Shown: positions 40,600-50,961 of the stretch, piece by piece
Layout: each line of letters starts with the position of its first letter
Numbering within the stretch: the stretch's first letter is position 1
Origin: Candidatus Sumerlaea chitinivorans
GTDB taxonomy: Bacteria; Sumerlaeota; Sumerlaeia; Sumerlaeales; Sumerlaeaceae
Length of the DNA: 64,000 nucleotides
Direction: 5' to 3'
NCBI GenBank assembly: GCA_003290465.1
Contig: CP030759.1
Span: forward strand, 2,180,572 to 2,244,571
Notes under the pieces: generated by a model
The model's database searches: none
Told to the model about the DNA's origin: nothing
The model's input: the letters and a program-made list of their open reading frames with translations, nothing else
Translations under genes and position numbers: made by a program

Positions 40600-42087
40600 A
40601 TGAAACTGAGTCAATTACTTGCTGTCGTCCCTGAAGCGAAGGTTGTGCAAGGGCACACCGATCACGAAATCACTGGCGTGATTTACGATCCCCTTCGGGT
40701 CAAACCCGGCTATCTTTACGTTGCGATCAACATCTACACGCAGCTCGACAAGATCGAGATACCCGATGGCCACGACGTCGTGGACAAAGCAATCGAAGCT
40801 GGAGCGGTGGCCGTGCTCCTCGAGCGCGACGTGCCCGTGCCCGCGCACATCACCAAGATTTTGGCCCCCAGTAGCCGAGCTGCCCTTGCGCGCTTGGCAG
40901 GCGAATTCTATGGTCACCCGTCGCGCAAGCTGAAACTAATCGGTGTGACAGGGACAAACGGCAAGACGACCACGACGCACGTCGTCGAGAGCATTCTCTC
41001 GGAAAAGTACCGCGTCGGCCTCATGGGTACGCTCTATTTTAAGGTTGCAGGCGAAATCCGCAAATCGAAGGACACCACCCCCGAGCCGCCCGACCTGCAG
41101 GAGATCTTCCTCCAAATGGTGGAGGGCAACTGCACCCACTGCGTCATGGAAGTTTCCTCCCACGGCGTGGACCTTCACCGGGTGGATGGGCTCGAGTTTG
41201 AGGTGGGCGCTTGGACCAATCTCACGCAGGACCACCTCGACTACCACAAGACCATGGAAGCGTACCGGGAGTGCAAGATGCGCTTCATTAGTTGGCCTAC
41301 TCCCGAGAAGCATGTCGTGCTCAACATTGACGATCCGAATTTCAACTACTTCAAGGAAGCTGCCCGTGCGAAGGTCGTCACCTTCGGGATCGAGAACCCA
41401 GCTGACATCATGGCGCGGGACATCGAGTACTCGGTCAACGGTACCAAGTTTACCCTCGTCACCCCCAAGGGGTCGGTGCAAATCAATAGCCGTCTTCGCG
41501 GTCAGTTCAACGTCTACAACTCGCTGACCGGCGCCGGCGTCTGTTACGCCCTCGGCGAAGATCTCGAGACGATCAAGCGTGGACTGGAAAAACCTATCAT
41601 CGTGGCCGGCCGCTTCCAACCGGTCGAACGCGGCCAAGACTTTGTGGTGGTGGTGGACTACGCTCACACCCCCGACGGGCTCGTGAAAGTGCTGAACGCT
41701 GCCCGCGCCACGAAGCCCAAGCGCATCATCACCGTGTTTGGGTGTGGCGGCGACCGCGACGCAACCAAGCGCCCCATCATGGGCCAAATTGCTGAAGAAA
41801 TGAGCGATCTGGTCATCGTCACTGACGACAACCCGCGCACCGAGGATCCGGAAGTCATCGTGCAAAACATCCTCGCTGGGATCCGTGATCGCTCGAAAGT
41901 GGAGGTCATCCACGACCGTTACCAAGCCATCGCGCGAGCGATCGAAATCGCACAGACTGGCGATCTGGTGCTCATTGCGGGCAAGGGTCACGAAACCACC
42001 CAAACGCTCAAGGATCGCACCATCGAATTCAACGACTTCAAAGTTGCGGACGAACTCGTGGCAAAGCGGCTGGGGCAAAAGGCCTAA
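40600..42087 (+). CDS. murE: UDP-MurNAc-L-Ala-D-Glu--meso-DAP ligase
   Basis: GVTGTNGKTT, TTP, MEVSSH, NLTQDHLDYH, DYAHTPD, FGCGGDRD, DNPR (mDAP specificity), AGKGHE. Confidence 0.95.
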   Translation: MKLSQLLAVVPEAKVVQGHTDHEITGVIYDPLRVKPGYLYVAINIYTQLDKIEIPDGHDVVDKAIEAGAVAVLLERDVPVPAHITKILAPSSRAALARLAGEFYGHPSRKLKLIGVTGTNGKTTTTHVVESILSEKYRVGLMGTLYFKVAGEIRKSKDTTPEPPDLQEIFLQMVEGNCTHCVMEVSSHGVDLHRVDGLEFEVGAWTNLTQDHLDYHKTMEAYRECKMRFISWPTPEKHVVLNIDDPNFNYFKEAARAKVVTFGIENPADIMARDIEYSVNGTKFTLVTPKGSVQINSRLRGQFNVYNSLTGAGVCYALGEDLETIKRGLEKPIIVAGRFQPVERGQDFVVVVDYAHTPDGLVKVLNAARATKPKRIITVFGCGGDRDATKRPIMGQIAEEMSDLVIVTDDNPRTEDPEVIVQNILAGIRDRSKVEVIHDRYQAIARAIEIAQTGDLVLIAGKGHETTQTLKDRTIEFNDFKVADELVAKRLGQKA

Positions 42088-42101
42088 CCCACGAACGCTT
42101 G

Positions 42102-42146
42102 TCGCACGCAGCAGCGCTCGGCAACAGGAGCGCTGCTGTTGTGCGA
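42102..42146 (+). repeat. Long inverted repeat (hairpin) between murE and the first epimerase
   Basis: TCGCAC-G-CAGCAGCGCTC / GAGCGCTGCTG-TT-GTGCGA with an 8-nt loop. Confidence 0.65.
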
Positions 42147-42198
42147 GGTGTTCCGTCTACGCCTACCCGCACGCAGGGGAAAGAAAGGATAGGGAGTA

Positions 42199-43266
42199 AT
42201 GTGTGCTAAAATTGTGGCGGTTGAAGCCGAAGCGTTCGATCTTCCGCTGAAAGAACCCTTTATCATCGCGACGGGGCGCAAAGATGCCGCCAACAACGTG
42301 CTTGTCCGCGTGAAACTCGACGACGGCACCGTTGGCTTCGGTGAGGTAGCGCCCTCGCCCTACACGACGGGCGACACCCAAGCGACCTGCATAGCCTCGA
42401 TCGAGCACCTGCGCCACGTGCTTGTCGGCAAACCGATTGGGGAATGGCGATCGCTCCTTGCCCAAACGCGCCGGGCGCTGCGCCATCAATTTGGGGCCCA
42501 CAGCGGCGTCGAAATTGCCGTGCTGGATGCCTTCACCAAATCCGCCGGCATCCCCCTCTACCAATTCTTTGGCGGGGTGACGACCACCGTCGAATCCGAC
42601 GTCACGCTCTCCCTTGGAACGCCCGAAGAGACAGCCCAAGCGGCAGCGAAGGCCGTTCGCGACGGCTTCCAGAAAATCAAAATCAAGGTCGGCATGGGCG
42701 TGGCCACCGATGTCGCGCGAGTGGCCGCCGTGCGCGAAGTTGCTCCCGACTGCGAACTTTCGCTCGACGCAAACCAAGCTTTCTCCCCGAAACAGGCGGT
42801 TGAATTAGCAAAGCGCGTCGCTGCGTTGGGCATCGAGCTTAGCTTGCTCGAACAGCCCGTGCGGCGCGACGATCTGGCAGGCATGCGCTACGTCCGCGAG
42901 CATGCCGGAGTCCCTGTCGGAGCAGATGAGTCCGTCTTCACGCCCGAAGATGCAATCCGCGTGGTGCGCGAGGGTGCGGCCGACGTCATCAATATCAAGG
43001 TCGCGAAAGCGGGTCTGCTTGGCGCTCTCGATATTTTCTCCATCGCGCGCGCTGCGAACCTTGAACTCATGATCGGCTGCATGATGGAGTCCAAGGTTGG
43101 CCTGTCGGCATCCGTCCACCTTGCGTGCGGCCTCGGTTGCTTCACACATTGCGATCTCGACTCCGTTTTCCTGCTCAAACCCTTTGAGTGCTCCGGCGGC
43201 TATGAGCTCCAAGGAGCGCGCTTCTCCGTGGCTTCGATTGGCGCCGGTACGGGAGTGAGCCTATGA
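42199..43266 (+). CDS. Dipeptide epimerase (L-Ala-D/L-Glu epimerase, enolase superfamily)
   Basis: KIKIKVG, LDANQ, EQP, ADES, NIK, IGCMMES, DLD. Confidence 0.88.
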   Translation: MCAKIVAVEAEAFDLPLKEPFIIATGRKDAANNVLVRVKLDDGTVGFGEVAPSPYTTGDTQATCIASIEHLRHVLVGKPIGEWRSLLAQTRRALRHQFGAHSGVEIAVLDAFTKSAGIPLYQFFGGVTTTVESDVTLSLGTPEETAQAAAKAVRDGFQKIKIKVGMGVATDVARVAAVREVAPDCELSLDANQAFSPKQAVELAKRVAALGIELSLLEQPVRRDDLAGMRYVREHAGVPVGADESVFTPEDAIRVVREGAADVINIKVAKAGLLGALDIFSIARAANLELMIGCMMESKVGLSASVHLACGLGCFTHCDLDSVFLLKPFECSGGYELQGARFSVASIGAGTGVSL

Positions 43267-44333
43267 GTCCGCTGCATCTGACCACCGCGCGCTACGTGCT
43301 CAAGCTGGTGGATCCATTTGGCATTTCCCGTATCACCCGCACGGAGGAAGAGCGCATCTACCTTGCGCTCGACGGTGGAATTGGTGAGGCGGCTCCGGTC
43401 AGCTACTACGGCGAGGACGAAGAGACGGTCACGCGCACCCTCGCCACCGTCGAGCAAATGGAGTTTGACGACCTCGATCTTGTCGAGCACGTGATGACAG
43501 AAATCAACGCCCGAGTCCCTGAGAATCGCGCAGCAAAAGCTGCGCTCGACATGGCGCTCTACGATCGCCTTGGGAAGCGCTTGGGCATACCCCTCTGGAA
43601 GCTTTTCGGCCACAAACCCACGCGACCACTGCTCACAAGTTTCACGATCGGCATCGATACCCTCGAGGTGATGCTCGAGAAGGTCGAGCGAGCCCAAAAC
43701 TACAAGATCCTGAAAATCAAACTCGGGCGCGATGTGGAGCACGATCTCACAGTCATGCGGGAAATCCGAAAATTGGTGGGGCCTGAGAAGTGCCTCCGTG
43801 TGGATGCCAACGCAGGTTGGGATCTCGATACGGCAAAACGCGCTTTCCCAGTGCTGGCCGACCTTGGCGTCGAGTTCGTCGAGCAGCCGCTCCCCATGGG
43901 GGCTTTCGAGCAGCTTCCCAAACTGAAAAGCCATTGCCCACTTCCTATTCTCTTGGATGAAGACGTGCACACTGCGCGCGACATCCCGCGCTTGGCTCCC
44001 TTCACGGATGGCATCAATATCAAGCTGATGAAAAGCGGGGGGCTCGCAGAAGCCCGTCGCATGATTGCCGTCGCCCGCGCCCACGGCCTGCGCGTCATGC
44101 TCGGCTGCATGATCGAGAGTTCTCTCGGCATCACTGCCGCCGCACATTTGGGTCCCGCCGTGGATTATCTCGACCTCGATGGCCATCTACTCATTGCTAA
44201 CGACCCCTTTGCCGGCGTGGCCTGCGATCCGGACGGAACCATGCACCTGCCGACAGGACCAGGCCTGGGGGTCACCGTGCTGCCGGAATACCGCGAGGCC
44301 CTGCTACCCGTCAGCAAGGCCGCCGTGGGATAA
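43263..44333 (+). CDS. Second dipeptide epimerase (L-Ala-D/L-Glu epimerase family)
   Basis: FGISR, LKIKLG, VDAN, EQP, LDED, NIKLMK, LGCMIES, DLDG. Confidence 0.88.
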   Translation: MSPLHLTTARYVLKLVDPFGISRITRTEEERIYLALDGGIGEAAPVSYYGEDEETVTRTLATVEQMEFDDLDLVEHVMTEINARVPENRAAKAALDMALYDRLGKRLGIPLWKLFGHKPTRPLLTSFTIGIDTLEVMLEKVERAQNYKILKIKLGRDVEHDLTVMREIRKLVGPEKCLRVDANAGWDLDTAKRAFPVLADLGVEFVEQPLPMGAFEQLPKLKSHCPLPILLDEDVHTARDIPRLAPFTDGINIKLMKSGGLAEARRMIAVARAHGLRVMLGCMIESSLGITAAAHLGPAVDYLDLDGHLLIANDPFAGVACDPDGTMHLPTGPGLGVTVLPEYREALLPVSKAAVG

Positions 44334-44597
44334 CAACACCGACTCCGTCCATCTGCTTGCCTTTTATCAGCAGGCGCCGTTCACATGAACTGATGGCAGA
44401 CAACTGCTTCCTCCACGTGTGCGCCAACCTTGCTTGTCGATACCGCGGTGCGCCACTTCGACACGCCTGTTGATGGAAGGGAGGAAGCGCACGTACGCAC
44501 GCTGAAGGTGCGTCCTGCGGACCGACGTGATCCTACCGCGTTTATGCGCACCTGCGGACACCCCGATGTCGCAGTGGACAGGAGGGCGAAGCCGCTC

Positions 44598-45797
44598 TCA
44601 AGGTATCGAAGCATAGGCGCGCAAGAGCGCTTCGCGCGAGAACCGCCAATCCAACTCTGTCTCCATCCGACGACGACCGAACTCACCCATGCGACGGCGG
44701 CGCTCAGGATCCGCAAGCAGCTCCAAAATTTTTTCAGCGAAATCCCGCGGGTCATTCGCCTTCGCGTAAAGCGAAGCCTCCTGCGCCGAAAAGCGCCCTT
44801 CGGTCATGTCGAACTGCACGATGGGCTTCCCCACTGCCATGTACTCCATGATCTTGTTCATCGTGGATTTATCGTTCATCTCGTTCACGCGGTCGGGATT
44901 CACGCACACGTCCGCGGTCGAGAGATAGCGCAGGAGGTCTTCGTCCGGGATTCGCCCCGTGAAGCGCACGTGCGGCGCCACGCCGATGCGCTTCGCATAC
45001 TCTTCCATGTGGGGTCGCTCGGGTCCACTGCCGATCAACACAAATAGAATGTCCTCGCGCCCGTGCTCGTGCGTGATCACGCGCACCGCATCCAGCAAGA
45101 GGTCGATCCCCTCCTGTTTGCCCATCACCCCAACATAGGCCACCAGATAGCGTCGCCCCTCGCGCAGCGCAGGATCCGGCTCGACTGGGCGAAAACGAGT
45201 CGTGTCGGGCGCACTACGGACGATGTGGACTTGCTCGGGACGCTTGCGGCCGCGGGTGAGCGCGATCCTCCGATAACTTTCGTTCGTGGCAATGACCAAA
45301 TGCGCGGTCGCATACGTCAGCCGCTCCAGCGCAAGCAGGACGTAGTAGAGTGGGCCTTTTTTGCCGTACTTCGCAATGTAGAGTTCGGGGTTGATATCGT
45401 GTTGATCAAAAACAAACCGAACCCCGAACGGCCGAAACGTCAGAGCCACCAGAAAGATGTTATCCGGCGGATTGCAGGCGTGCAGGATATCAAAGCCACG
45501 CGTCAGGAAAATCTTCCACGCGAGGAAGAGTTCCCAGAAAAACGCAACTCCATACTCGATCAGAAAGCCTAGCGCTCCCGAGTCCCCCTCAACAGGCAAC
45601 GGGTGGCGGTAGATGTGAATGCCCTCGAGCGTTTCGCGAGACTGCATGTAATTCTTGCCCTTTGGGCAGATCACACTCACCTCGTAGCCGGCGTCGCGCA
45701 GCGCAGTCGCTTCCAGCCACACCCGCCGATCAAAGGGGACCGGTAGATTCTCGACAATGATCAACACGCGGCGCTTGCGAGCTTGGCTCACCAGCAA
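44598..45797 (-). CDS. GT4 glycosyltransferase
   Basis: ENLPVPFDRRVW, HACNPPD, DQHD..PE, NKIMEYMAVGKPIV. Confidence 0.9.
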   Translation of the reverse strand: MLVSQARKRRVLIIVENLPVPFDRRVWLEATALRDAGYEVSVICPKGKNYMQSRETLEGIHIYRHPLPVEGDSGALGFLIEYGVAFFWELFLAWKIFLTRGFDILHACNPPDNIFLVALTFRPFGVRFVFDQHDINPELYIAKYGKKGPLYYVLLALERLTYATAHLVIATNESYRRIALTRGRKRPEQVHIVRSAPDTTRFRPVEPDPALREGRRYLVAYVGVMGKQEGIDLLLDAVRVITHEHGREDILFVLIGSGPERPHMEEYAKRIGVAPHVRFTGRIPDEDLLRYLSTADVCVNPDRVNEMNDKSTMNKIMEYMAVGKPIVQFDMTEGRFSAQEASLYAKANDPRDFAEKILELLADPERRRRMGEFGRRRMETELDWRFSREALLRAYASIP

Positions 45798-47098
45798 ATT
45801 CCCTCGTAGTTTTTCTCGCTCGTCACGTTGCGATCCACACGCACCAAATCCACCACGACTTGGTCAGGATTCACTTTCTTGAGCACGCCCGCAAATTCCG
45901 GATCATTGTTGCCAATCACAATGCATTCGCTGGCCTTGAGCACTTCTTCGAGCGAGGAAACAAACAGTTGGGAGATATGCGGGATGGCATGCTCGATGTA
46001 CGCCTTGTTCGCCCCCATCAGGCGCGCTAAGTTCACGTTGCGATCGTAGATTTTCACATGGTAGCCTTTGCCAATCAGGCGCTCGACCAGCTCCACCAAC
46101 GGGCTTTCGCGCAAGTCATCCGTGCCGGCTTTGAAACTCAAGCCCAGCAGGCCAATCCGCTTCTTTCCCGTGTTCTGGATGAGCTTCAGGCCAAATTCGA
46201 TATGCTTGCGATTGCTCTCGGCCACGTGGCTCAGCACGGGCACCTCAAGGTCCAGACAGCGCGCACAGTAGGTCAGTGCGCTGAGGTCTTTCGGCAAGCA
46301 GGAGCCCCCGTACGCAAAGCCGGGCCTGAAATACGCAGGCGAGATGTTGAGCTTGGTGTCGCGCACGAAAAGATCCATTACCATGTGGCTATCAATGCCC
46401 AGGGCCTTACAAATCTCCCCGACCTCATTCGCAAACACGACCTTGAGCGCATGGTAGGAGTTGTTCACGTATTTGAGCATTTCCGCCACCCGCACCGGCA
46501 CGACAATAAACTCTGCGCCCACGGGTGCGTAAAGCTCACGCAGCATCTGCGCCGCACGCTCATCCTCCGTGCCCACCAACGTATAAGGCGGATTCTGGAA
46601 ATCACGAATTGCGCTGCCCTCGCGCAGGAACTCAGGATTTGAGGCTATCCCGAATCCTTCATCGCAGCGCTTTCCCGATGCTTCCTCAATGAGCGTCGCG
46701 CAATGCTCGATCGTTCCCGGCAGCACCGTCGAGCGAATGACGACCAGATGGTAATCCTTGCGCTCGCGCAAGGCCTCCCCGATTTCACGGCACACGCCAA
46801 AAATGTAGTCGAGATTCAGCGAGCCATTGTCACGCGAGGGAGTGCCCACGCACACCAGCGAGAGGTCGGCCCATGCCACGGCTTCGGCGCTGTTGGTCGT
46901 CGCCCGAAACGCACCCCGCGCATGAGCTTCCGCAAGGAATTCGTCCAACTGTGGCTCCACGATGGGCGATTTTCCCTCATTGATCATCTGGACCTTTAGC
47001 GGATTGACGTCCACCCCCAGAATCTCATGACCATACTTTGCAAAGCAGGCACCACACACGGTGCCCACATAGCCTAAACCAAAGATCGCAACTTTCAC
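45788..47098 (-). CDS. GDP-mannose 6-dehydrogenase (AlgD-like nucleotide-sugar dehydrogenase)
   Basis: GLGYVG, CVGTPS, RSTV, NPEFLREG, PGFAYGGSCLPKD, FKAGTDDLRESP. Confidence 0.85.
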   Translation of the reverse strand: MKVAIFGLGYVGTVCGACFAKYGHEILGVDVNPLKVQMINEGKSPIVEPQLDEFLAEAHARGAFRATTNSAEAVAWADLSLVCVGTPSRDNGSLNLDYIFGVCREIGEALRERKDYHLVVIRSTVLPGTIEHCATLIEEASGKRCDEGFGIASNPEFLREGSAIRDFQNPPYTLVGTEDERAAQMLRELYAPVGAEFIVVPVRVAEMLKYVNNSYHALKVVFANEVGEICKALGIDSHMVMDLFVRDTKLNISPAYFRPGFAYGGSCLPKDLSALTYCARCLDLEVPVLSHVAESNRKHIEFGLKLIQNTGKKRIGLLGLSFKAGTDDLRESPLVELVERLIGKGYHVKIYDRNVNLARLMGANKAYIEHAIPHISQLFVSSLEEVLKASECIVIGNNDPEFAGVLKKVNPDQVVVDLVRVDRNVTSEKNYEGICW

Positions 47099-47244
47099 CC
47101 GTTTTGCTCCTCAAAAGGCCTGTCGAAGTTTTGCGTGATTAGTTTCACGCGTGAGACCGATGCACAATAGAAAAAACGGCACACTGGGCACACACGCGCA
47201 TTTCCCTTGCGACCGCTCTCCGGGGCTTTACACGTTGGCTTGCA

Positions 47245-49038
47245 ATGACTGCCGAGGCAAATGCAACCGTGACGATCCACGCAGTGGAGCGGGCGCCCTC
47301 GCCCCCCCTTCCCAAGTGGCACTTCGCATTTGTCGCCGCAGTTGCGTTTGTGCTCTATTTGCCTTCCCTCCGGTTCTCGTTCGTTTGGGATGATACCTTC
47401 TTCATTGTCCGCAATCCTGCGGTGCAATCCCCGCGTTATCTTTGGGCCTATTTTACGGACGCCACAACCTATGCGTGGGCCACGACTCCGGGGCTTTATC
47501 GGCCGCTGCGCAATATCAGTTTCCTCCTCGATTACGTGCTCGTCGGGCTCCGCCCCGCATGGTGGCATCTGCACAACGTGCTTCTCCACACTTTGAACGC
47601 CGTGCTTGTGCTGTGGGTTGTGAATCGGGTTGTTGCACTTCGCCCCTCGCCAGCCTCCCGGGCAGCGGCTCTCGTTGCCACCCTACTGTGGGTCTGCCAT
47701 CCAGTGCACACCGAAGCGGTCGCGTGGGTGAAGAGCCGCGACGAAATGCTCTTCACCGCGTTTTATCTCGCTGCCTTCGGTCTCGCGTGGCAGGCCTACT
47801 TCTGGCGACAGTTTCGCGCGCGTACATGCATCCTCGTTCTGCTTCTTTTCGCTGGGGCCCTTTTGAGTAAAGAAATGGCGGCAAGCCTCCCCATCGTGCT
47901 GAGTATGGGCCTGTGGCTGCTGACGCCTCGGGACGCACGCCGCCTCCGCCTGCCGAGCGCAGTCCTTTTGCTTGCGGGGCAGCTTGCCTTACTGCTCGCT
48001 TTCGTGTACGTTCGTCATCGCGTACTGGGGCAAACTGCCCAGTGCCCCCGCCTCTCGGGGAGCTTGCTCGGCGACATGTTGACCATGGTGCGTGCGGCGG
48101 CTCGCTACGTGACATTGTCCGTCGCTCCCATCCGCCAGCTTGCCGACTACCAAGCGTTTGGCGTCACGCGCTCACTTGCCGAGCCACGTTGGTGGGTGGC
48201 GGTGGCAATCCTTGCTGCATCCGTAGGCGCTTGGATTGCGATCGCTCGCAGAGATCCGCGCGCCAGCTTCGGGATGGCTTGGTTCTGGATCGCTCTCTTG
48301 CCCGTGTCGAACATCATTCCAACCATGCAATTCCTCGCGGAACGCTTTTTGTACTTGCCGCTGGTCGGCCTCGCGGTCACCGTCGCAGCCCTTCTTGATC
48401 AAGCTTGGTACGCCGCTGCCCAGAGTGCGTCCCCGCAAAAGGCAAAACAGGTTGCCATCGTGGCGGCCACGTGGCTGACCCTCTTTGTCTCGCTTACAAG
48501 CGTGCGGGTGCACGTTTGGCGCGACGAAACCATCCTCTTCGCCACCACCTACCTCGATTCTCCTCCTTGCGCACGCATTGCCCAGAATCTCGCCGTTGCG
48601 CTTACGAACCGTGGGCAACCCGAAGCCGCCATCCAGATTCTTGAGGAGGTGTTGGCAGACCGGCAAGGTGTGTACAAAGATATGAATGCCGTCGTGCTCG
48701 AGTGCACCCTTGCCCAAGCGTTGGTACTGAGCGGCCGCCCCGCCGAGGCGCTCGTGCACGCCGATCGCGCCCTTGCCCTCAATCTCCAATATGAGGAGGC
48801 GTGGCAAATTAAAGGCCTTGCCTACGGGCGCATGGGCGACCATGAGCGCGCACTTGCGTGTTTTGTCCAAGCGCTCCGCACGAACCCCGCCGCGGCCGAA
48901 AAAGCCCGACAGAACATTCGCACCGCCCTCCGCTATCTCGGCCGGTTCGAGGATTTGAAGGCATTCGAGCGCGGGCAAATCCCGCTCGAAAAACTGGCGC
49001 CACCCCTTCCCCCTCCTTCCTCCAGCAAGCGCCCATAA
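47245..49038 (+). CDS. TMTC-like membrane protein O-glycosyl(mannosyl)transferase with TPRs
   Basis: WDD, YRPL, HPVHTEAVAW..R.E, LLSKE, AERFLYLP, W..E..LF, followed by TPR repeats. Confidence 0.8.
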   Translation: MTAEANATVTIHAVERAPSPPLPKWHFAFVAAVAFVLYLPSLRFSFVWDDTFFIVRNPAVQSPRYLWAYFTDATTYAWATTPGLYRPLRNISFLLDYVLVGLRPAWWHLHNVLLHTLNAVLVLWVVNRVVALRPSPASRAAALVATLLWVCHPVHTEAVAWVKSRDEMLFTAFYLAAFGLAWQAYFWRQFRARTCILVLLLFAGALLSKEMAASLPIVLSMGLWLLTPRDARRLRLPSAVLLLAGQLALLLAFVYVRHRVLGQTAQCPRLSGSLLGDMLTMVRAAARYVTLSVAPIRQLADYQAFGVTRSLAEPRWWVAVAILAASVGAWIAIARRDPRASFGMAWFWIALLPVSNIIPTMQFLAERFLYLPLVGLAVTVAALLDQAWYAAAQSASPQKAKQVAIVAATWLTLFVSLTSVRVHVWRDETILFATTYLDSPPCARIAQNLAVALTNRGQPEAAIQILEEVLADRQGVYKDMNAVVLECTLAQALVLSGRPAEALVHADRALALNLQYEEAWQIKGLAYGRMGDHERALACFVQALRTNPAAAEKARQNIRTALRYLGRFEDLKAFERGQIPLEKLAPPLPPPSSSKRP

Positions 49039-49092
49039 GTGAGCTCTCCCAACCGCATAGCTGCACCTCTCAATTGTCCCGCGCGATTCGAG

Positions 49093-50961
49093 CTACTCCA
49101 GCATCCCCTGCACCAAAATCTTACCCGCCTCCTCAGGTGGCATGGGCCGCCCATAGTAATAGCCCTGCGCCAGTTCGCAACCAATCGTCCGCAGAAACTC
49201 CGCCTGAGACTCATGCTCCACCCCCTCCGCAATCACGCATAGCTGCAACCCTTGCCCAAGCTGCGTCATCACTCTCACCACATTTTCCGCTCTGGTGTCT
49301 CCGGGAACGTTGCGAAGGAATGAAAGATCTATCTTGAGCACATGGATGGGCAAATGGAGGAGGTAACCCATGGCCGAGTACCCCTTACCGAAGTCATCGA
49401 GGCACGTGCTCAATCCCATACGGTTGAGCTCTGTAAGCACCTCTTTGGCTTTCTCCGCATAGCGCAGGAAGACACTTTCCGTCAGCTCGATCCTCAAGCG
49501 GTGGGCTTGCACCCCCGTGCGGGCCAGAATGTCGCGCAGGGCCTTGAGAAATTCCCCATTTGCGAAATGCTCCACCGAGAAATTGACACTGACCCACCAT
49601 GGGCGCTGCGCCAGCGTCGTGGTGCTACTCTCCCATTCGCGAACTTGCCTGCACACCCGTTCGAACACCCATAAATCCAGTTCACACACAAGCCCAGCCT
49701 CTTCTGCCACGGGAATGAACTCGCTTGGCGAGATCATTCCGCGCACGGGATGCGGCCAGCGCACCAGCGCTTCCAGTCCCACCACGGCCCGCGTCCTGTT
49801 TTCCACCACCGGTTGATAATAAACGGCCAATTGGCCCACTTCCAAGGCGCGACGCAGATCATTCTCCAGGGCGAGCGTCCGGAGTGCTTCTTCATGCATC
49901 GTGGGGACAAAGAATGAGTACTTGCCCCGAGTGGAACGTTTCGCGGTCGCCAAGGCGGCCTCAGCATCGCGCAAAACCTGGGCACTTGAAGTGATGGGAT
50001 CTTGGATCACGACGACACCCATCGAAGCCGTGAGATGCAGCAAGTTACTTCCGTAGGGCTGGTTTAGGGCGGCATTGAGCCGGTCCGCCATACGCGTGAT
50101 ATCTGCAAGACTGTCGAAGCCCTCAGCCAAAACCGCAAACTCGTCACTTCCTAAACGAGCTACGGTGTCCTCGGGGCGCAGAAGCGCCGAAAGCCGTGCT
50201 CCCACCTCGCGAAGAATTACATCTCCTTCGTCGTGGCCAATTGCCTCATTCAAGATCTTGAATCGGTCGAGGTCCACATAGAAAACGGCTGCAAGAGTTT
50301 GCGGATGACGTGCACGGCGGTAAATCGCTTGCGTCAGACGATCGCGAAACAGCACACGGTTCGGAAGGCCTGTCACAGCATCCGTGGTCGCCTGTAACGC
50401 GATCTGTTCCTGCATTGCGCGCTCGTTGGTGATGTCCCGGACGACCGCGATCACGCCCTGAAATTCCTCGTCGACAAACCACGGGGATAGTCGGACAGAA
50501 AACCACCGCCGCCCCTCCTTCTTCATAAGGGGATAGCTGTATTCCACGATCTCTCCCTGCCGGACTTTCTCAAACGCTGGCTGGAAGAGCGCATCGAGCT
50601 CTGGCCCCATCACTTCCCCATGCCGCTTGCCAAGGAATGTGGACGGGGGATACAGGAGCGGTACCAACGTACTATGGTAGGAGACAAAACGCTGATCACG
50701 GTCGAGCACAAACACCAAGTCCGGAGATGCCTGAAGAAGGGCATGAAGCTTGGCTTCGCACTGCGCAAGTGCGGCACGCAATTTTTCAAATTCTTCTCGG
50801 AAAGGTCCCTTCCCCCATTCGGTTTCATTACTCGCCGGAGAGTTCTTGTAATTTTGCATCATGTCCTTTTTTTCGTCCTTTCTATTTATCCGCTGTTTGG
50901 CGACACACAAGCTCACCCCCTCTTTCTCCAGCGCCGCTGAAGGCAATTCGGAAACCCGCAA
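49093..50961 (-). CDS. PAS-GGDEF-EAL c-di-GMP signalling protein
   Basis: PAS/PAC (RDIT), TGLPNR, RLGSDEF (variant GGDEF), YQP, EALVRW, ELTES, DDFGKGYS, KID, AEGVE, QGY. Start probably near MMQNY (about 50862). Confidence 0.92.
   Translation of the reverse strand: MRVSELPSAALEKEGVSLCVAKQRINRKDEKKDMMQNYKNSPASNETEWGKGPFREEFEKLRAALAQCEAKLHALLQASPDLVFVLDRDQRFVSYHSTLVPLLYPPSTFLGKRHGEVMGPELDALFQPAFEKVRQGEIVEYSYPLMKKEGRRWFSVRLSPWFVDEEFQGVIAVVRDITNERAMQEQIALQATTDAVTGLPNRVLFRDRLTQAIYRRARHPQTLAAVFYVDLDRFKILNEAIGHDEGDVILREVGARLSALLRPEDTVARLGSDEFAVLAEGFDSLADITRMADRLNAALNQPYGSNLLHLTASMGVVVIQDPITSSAQVLRDAEAALATAKRSTRGKYSFFVPTMHEEALRTLALENDLRRALEVGQLAVYYQPVVENRTRAVVGLEALVRWPHPVRGMISPSEFIPVAEEAGLVCELDLWVFERVCRQVREWESSTTTLAQRPWWVSVNFSVEHFANGEFLKALRDILARTGVQAHRLRIELTESVFLRYAEKAKEVLTELNRMGLSTCLDDFGKGYSAMGYLLHLPIHVLKIDLSFLRNVPGDTRAENVVRVMTQLGQGLQLCVIAEGVEHESQAEFLRTIGCELAQGYYYGRPMPPEEAGKILVQGMLE

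Noticed and set aside
40936..42078. 380-aa ORF antisense to murE (and similar ones such as 43200-44186, 25410-26381, 59203-60057)
   Set aside because: Shadow ORFs of well-supported genes in GC-rich DNA, with no recognisable motifs.
44334..44597. Possible small gene or ncRNA between convergent genes
   Set aside because: No ORF with an RBS and no convincing structure.
44598..47098. Alginate biosynthesis locus
   Set aside because: Only an AlgD-like dehydrogenase and a GT4 are present; no alg8, alg44, algE or algG.
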